From: Kiritimatiellia bacterium
GTDB lineage: Bacteria > Verrucomicrobiota > Kiritimatiellia > RFP12 > UBA1067
Assembly: GCA_050949565.1 (NCBI GenBank)
Contig: JBMNFY010000017.1
Coordinates: forward strand, 672,001-736,000
Reading direction: 5' to 3'
DNA: 64,000 nt
Below, one piece after another: positions 59,870 through 64,000 of this stretch; position 1 is the stretch's first letter; every line of letters begins with the position of its first letter. The translations under genes were made by a program, and so were the position numbers. The notes under the pieces are model-generated. The model made no database searches. It saw only the letters and a program-made list of their open reading frames with translations, and was not told the origin of the DNA.

Positions 59870-61100
59870 AACTTGAAGCCAATTCCTAACCATGAAACAC
59901 ATGAAACTTCATGAAAATCAGGAACCCCCTTGGTGTTCTTGGCGTCTTGGCGGTTCAAAAAGCCGAGCACTGCCACCCCCAAAAAACTCTGCGTCTCTGC
60001 GTCTCTGCGTTAAAAAAAACTGCGCGCCCACAACGCCTTCCCCCTAGGGCGGGGAAGCCCGCAGCCCAATCATGTCGAAAAATGAAACTTGAAGCCAATT
60101 CCTAACCATGAAACACATGAAACTTCATGAAAATCAGGAACCCCCTTGGTGTTCTTGGCGTCTTGGCGGTTCAAAAAGCCGAGCACTGCCACCCCCAAAA
60201 AACTCTGCGTCTCTGCGTCTCTGCGTTAAAAAAAACTGCGCGCCCACAACGCCTTCCCCCTAGGGCGGGGAAGCCCGCAGCCCAATCATGTCGAAAAATG
60301 AAACTTGAAGCCAATTCCTAACCATGAAACACATGAAACTTCATGAAAATCAGGAACCCCCTTGGTGTTCTTGGCGTCTTGGCGGTTCAAAAAGCCGAGC
60401 ACTGCCACCCCCAAAAAACTCTGCGTCTCTGCGTCTCTGCGTTAAAAAAAACTGCGCGCCCACAACGCCTTCCCCCTAGGGCGGGGAAGCCCGCAGCCCA
60501 ATCATGTCGAAAAATGAAACTTGAAGCCAATTCCTAACCATGAAACACATGAAACTTCATGAAAATCAGGAACCCCCTTGGTGTTCTTGGCGTCTTGGCG
60601 GTTCAAAAAGCCGAGCACTGCCACCCCCAAAAAACTCTGCGTCTCTGCGTCTCTGCGTTAAAAAAAACTGCGCGCCCACAACGCCTTCCCCCTAGGGCGG
60701 GGAAGCCCGCAGCCCAATCATGTCGAAAAATGAAACTTGAAGCCAATTCCTAACCATGAAACACATGAAACTTCATGAAAATCAGGAACCCCCTTGGTGT
60801 TCTTGGCGTCTTGGCGGTTCAAAAAGCCGAGCACTGCCACCCCCAAAAAACTCTGCGTCTCTGCGTCTCTGCGTTAAAAAAAACTGCGCGCCCACAACGC
60901 CTTCCCCCTAGGGCGGGGAAGCCCGCAGCCCAATCATGTCGAAAAATGAAACTTGAAGCCAATTCCTAACCATGAAACACATGAAACTTCATGAAAATCA
61001 GGAACCCCCTTGGTGTTCTTGGCGTCTTGGCGGTTCAAAAAGCCGAGCACTGCCACCCCCAAAAAACTCTGCGTCTCTGCGTCTCTGCGTTAAAAAAAAC
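59796..61100 (+). repeat. 216-bp tandem repeat, 6 apparently identical copies
   Basis: Units start at 59796, 60012, 60228, 60444, 60660 and 60876. Each unit is the TPR gene 3' end plus repeat modules; junctions at A8C. Confidence 0.95.
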
Positions 61101-61211
61101 CGAGCAGTGCCCAAAAAACTCTGTGCCCTCTGCGTCTCTGTGAGAGAAACAACTTGTTTTTTATCGCGCTTGCCGAGCCGTAAGGCGCTAACGCGGGTAG
61201 CGCCCGCGTCC

Positions 61212-61260
61212 AACTCCTAAATCCTAACTCCTAAATCCTAACTCCTAAATTCCAACTCCC
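61212..61260 (-). repeat. Heptamer tandem (AAMTCCT)n abutting the prlC start
   Basis: AACTCCT/AAATCCT about x7, the reverse complement of the TTAGGAK module. Confidence 0.9.
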
Positions 61261-61261
61261 C

Positions 61262-63334
61262 ATGTCCCCTTTCCTCAACATCCCCTACTATCCCGCCTTT
61301 GACCGCATGACCCCAGAGAATGCGGCACCGGCTTTTGAACAGTTGCTGGCGGATGCGAACCGCGCCGTCGATGTGATCGAACGCAACCATACGCCGACCT
61401 GGTCGGGACTGATACGCCCGCTCCACGATGCCTGCCATCCGCTCTTCGACGCCTGGGGTCTGCTCGGCCACATGCTCTCGGTCATGAACAACGACGCATG
61501 GCGCCGCGTCTACGAAGAGTTTCAGCCGGCGCTTGTCACCTTTTCGTTGCGTGTCGGCCAGAGTCCCGCGTTTTACGCGAGCTACTGCGCGTTGCGCGAC
61601 GCCGACCAAGCCGCCCCCTGCCTCACCTCCGTCCAACGCCGCATCCTGGACAAGACCATCCAAGCCGCCGAGCAGGCGGGCGTGGGTCTGCCGGAGCCCC
61701 AGCAGCAGCGCTTCAACGAGATTCAAGCAGAATTGGCGCGCCTCGCCACCGACTTCCGCAACAACGTTCTGGATGCGACCAAGGCCTTCTCGCTGACCCT
61801 GCGCACACACGATGAAGCGGACGGCCTCCCGCCCGCCCTGCTCGCCGTCACCGCACAGGCCGCGCGCGACGCCGACGAGCCGCAGGCCACCGCCGAAGAC
61901 GGCCCTTGGCGCATCACGCTCGACCACGCCGTCTACCACCCCTTCATGATGCACAGCCGCAACCGCGCCGCGCGCGAACAGCTCTGCCGCGCTTCGGCCA
62001 CGCGCGCATCAAGCGGCGACCTCGACAACTCCCCGCTCATCGAGCAGACCCTTGCCTTACGCCGCGAGATGGCCGCCCTGCTCGGCTACGCCTCCTATGC
62101 CGAACTCAGCCTCTCGCGCAAAACCGCACGGACGGTCGAGGCCGTGGACGCCCTGATCGCGCAACTGGCCGACGCCGCGCGCGACGCCGCGCAGCGCGAG
62201 GCCGACGACCTGCTGGCTTTCGCCCGTGCGCACGGTTTCGAGGGCACGTCACTGGAACCGTGGGACACCGCCTTTTGGGCCGAGCGCCAGCGCGAACACG
62301 TCTACGCCTACAGCGATGAAGAACTGAGCCGCTACTTCCTCTTCCCGCGCGTACTGGAAGGCCTCTTCCAGTTGGCCGAACGCCTCTTCGGCATCACCAT
62401 CACGCCAGCGGATGGCGAAGCACCGGTGTGGCACCCCGACGTGCGTTTCTTCCGTGTCGCCGACACCGACGGCACGCCGCGCGCCTGCTTCTTCCTTGAT
62501 CCCTACAGCCGTCCCGCGACCAAAAGCGGCGGTGCGTGGATGAACGATTTCCGTACGCGCGACCGCCGCCCCGACGGCTCGCTGCAACTCCCCATGGCCG
62601 TGCTGGTCTGCAACCAGAGCGTACCGGTCGGCGACCAACCGCCCGTCATGCGCTTCCAAGAGGTGAACACGCTCTTCCACGAGTTCGGCCACGCCCTGCA
62701 ACACATGCTGACCACCGTGGAAGAGCCCGATGCCTCCGGCGTCAACGGCATTGAATGGGACGCCATCGAAATCGCCAGCCAGTTCATGGAGAACTGGTGC
62801 TACGACCGCCCCACGCTCAAAGGTCTCAGCAGCCATGCCGAAACCGGCGAACCGTTGCCGGACGCGCTCTTCGACAAACTCGTCGCCGCCAAGAATTACC
62901 GTGCCGCCACTGCGATGTGCCGCCAGCTCTTCTTCGCGGCCACCGACATGGATCTCTACGCGCGCTATCCGCGACCGGAGTGGCCGGACGCCGACACCGT
63001 CAAACGGCAGAACGCCGCGACCTATCTGTCCACGCCCCTGCTCCCGGAAGACCGTTTTCTCTGCTCGTTCACGCACATCTTCGGCGGCGGGTATGCCGCC
63101 GGTTATTACAGCTACAAATGGTCGGAAGTGCTCTCGGCTGACGCCTTTGCCGCCTTCGAAGAGGCCGGTCTGGCGGATGACGCAGCGGTCCGCGCCACCG
63201 GCCAGCGCTTCCGCGACACCCTGCTGGCGTTGGGCGGCAGCGAAGACCCGATGGCGGTCTACCGCCGCTTCCGCGGACGCGCCCCGACGGTCGATGCGTT
63301 GCTGCGTCACTCCGGTCTCCTGCCTGCCACATGA
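61262..63334 (+). CDS. prlC: Oligopeptidase A (peptidase M3A)
   Basis: F.NNVLDAT, LLGY.SYA, WHPDVRFF, DPYSRP..K.GGAWM, TLFHEFGHALQH, SQFMENW, GYAAGYYSYKWSEVL.ADAF. Confidence 0.94.
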   Translation: MSPFLNIPYYPAFDRMTPENAAPAFEQLLADANRAVDVIERNHTPTWSGLIRPLHDACHPLFDAWGLLGHMLSVMNNDAWRRVYEEFQPALVTFSLRVGQSPAFYASYCALRDADQAAPCLTSVQRRILDKTIQAAEQAGVGLPEPQQQRFNEIQAELARLATDFRNNVLDATKAFSLTLRTHDEADGLPPALLAVTAQAARDADEPQATAEDGPWRITLDHAVYHPFMMHSRNRAAREQLCRASATRASSGDLDNSPLIEQTLALRREMAALLGYASYAELSLSRKTARTVEAVDALIAQLADAARDAAQREADDLLAFARAHGFEGTSLEPWDTAFWAERQREHVYAYSDEELSRYFLFPRVLEGLFQLAERLFGITITPADGEAPVWHPDVRFFRVADTDGTPRACFFLDPYSRPATKSGGAWMNDFRTRDRRPDGSLQLPMAVLVCNQSVPVGDQPPVMRFQEVNTLFHEFGHALQHMLTTVEEPDASGVNGIEWDAIEIASQFMENWCYDRPTLKGLSSHAETGEPLPDALFDKLVAAKNYRAATAMCRQLFFAATDMDLYARYPRPEWPDADTVKRQNAATYLSTPLLPEDRFLCSFTHIFGGGYAAGYYSYKWSEVLSADAFAAFEEAGLADDAAVRATGQRFRDTLLALGGSEDPMAVYRRFRGRAPTVDALLRHSGLLPAT

Positions 63335-64000
63335 ACACCCCTGTCCGTACCCTCCTCGCCTACCTGCACCGGCTGATCGAGTACGCCGCCTTCTACGGCG
63401 TGCTCTTCACGCTGGCCGGACTCTTCGACCGGCACCATTGGTTTCTGGGGCTCTTCACGCATCTCAAGCTGCCGCTCGCCGGCTGCTTCATCGGTTACAC
63501 GCTGATCGAACTCGTGGCGCGCCACCGACACCACGTAGCGGCAGGCGTGATATTTGCCCTCGTGAACGCATTGCCGGTGCTGATGCTCTGTCTGCCTGCC
63601 CCGCATCAGCCGCAGCCGACTGCGCCCGCGACGGTTGCGCAACTCCGGATCTTGCAGGCGAACATCCTCACCAGCAACCGCGACGCCGCCGCGCTGCTCA
63701 GCCTCATTGACCGCGAAGCGCCCGACGTAATCGTGCTCCAGGAGACCGGCCGCCGCTGGCTGAGCGACCTCGCGGTCCTGACCAACGCCTATCCGGTCTT
63801 TGCCGCCATGCCGCGTGAGGATAACTTCGGTGCCGCCATTTTCTGCAAAGGTTCCTTGACTGCAGGTGTGACACGGGCATCCTGCCCGTGTCGCCATCTT
63901 CTACAAAAGCCCATTGCCTGCAGGTGTGGCACGGGCATCTTGCCCGTGGATGTGGCACGGGCATCCTGCCCGTGTTTCATGGGCGGGACGCCCATGCCAC
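63331..64000 (+). CDS. Membrane-anchored endonuclease/exonuclease/phosphatase (EEP) family protein, runs off the window; contains REP-like repeats in frame
   Basis: ATG overlaps the prlC stop. TM segments, LRILQANILTSN, PDVIVLQE, EDNFGAAIF; no stop codon up to base 64000. Confidence 0.8.
   Translation, partial: MNTPVRTLLAYLHRLIEYAAFYGVLFTLAGLFDRHHWFLGLFTHLKLPLAGCFIGYTLIELVARHRHHVAAGVIFALVNALPVLMLCLPAPHQPQPTAPATVAQLRILQANILTSNRDAAALLSLIDREAPDVIVLQETGRRWLSDLAVLTNAYPVFAAMPREDNFGAAIFCKGSLTAGVTRASCPCRHLLQKPIACRCGTGILPVDVARASCPCFMGGTPMP
63866..64000 (+). repeat. REP-like cluster: GTG(G/A)CACGGGCATC(C/T)TGCCCGTG x3 plus an inverted related copy
   Basis: Hairpin CACGGGCA-TCY-TGCCCGTG at about 63868, 63926 and 63952; ATGGGCGGGACGCCCATGCCAC at the end; same motif at 1873-1895. 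Confidence 0.88.

Noticed and set aside
59911-60969. Five identical 64-aa ORFs (MKIRNPLG...)
   Set aside because: They are products of the 216-bp tandem repeat, with no RBS or protein-like features.
2294-63310. Numerous long antisense or alternate-frame ORFs (e.g. 2294-3682, 4235-5620, 54534-55721, 62249-63310)
   Set aside because: These are shadow ORFs of high-GC coding regions, Arg/Ala-rich and without motifs.

Overview
GC-rich bacterial chromosomal window. The gene families suggest a PVC-superphylum anaerobe, probably Kiritimatiellia; this is inferred, not determined. Housekeeping content: malic enzyme, PcrA/UvrD helicase, glpK, a TPP-riboswitch-controlled thiS-thiG-thiH-thiF-thiE operon, three tRNAs, an ACT + DUF711 pair, a CDF transporter, hydF, hisG, a tiny bS22/COX24-like gene missing from the ORF track, and oligopeptidase A. 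Many secreted carbohydrate-active or surface proteins are scattered through the window. A 9.3-kb type II secretion/type IV pilus-like cluster holds pilC, seven prepilins and a large PilX/Verru_Chthon-A-like protein. The most unusual signal is non-coding. (i) A 2.1-kb transposase-less unit (30650-32757) is bounded by 18-bp inverted repeats, flanked by a 26-27-bp direct repeat of a gene's 3' end, and carries a repeat-containing surface protein; a third, diverged copy of the direct repeat lies one gene further on. (ii) Many intergenic gaps are ordered mosaics of shared 7-9-mer tandem modules and REP-like hairpins, some of which supply gene termini or run in frame. (iii) Three 24-bp palindromes at about 150-bp spacing precede a tandem-HTH regulator and glpK. 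(iv) There is a 720-bp octamer microsatellite and a 6 x 216-bp tandem amplification. Several single-base frameshifts and one in-frame TAG may be assembly errors. No CRISPR array, transposase or integrase was recognised. All calls are by-eye motif recognition; no database searches were run.
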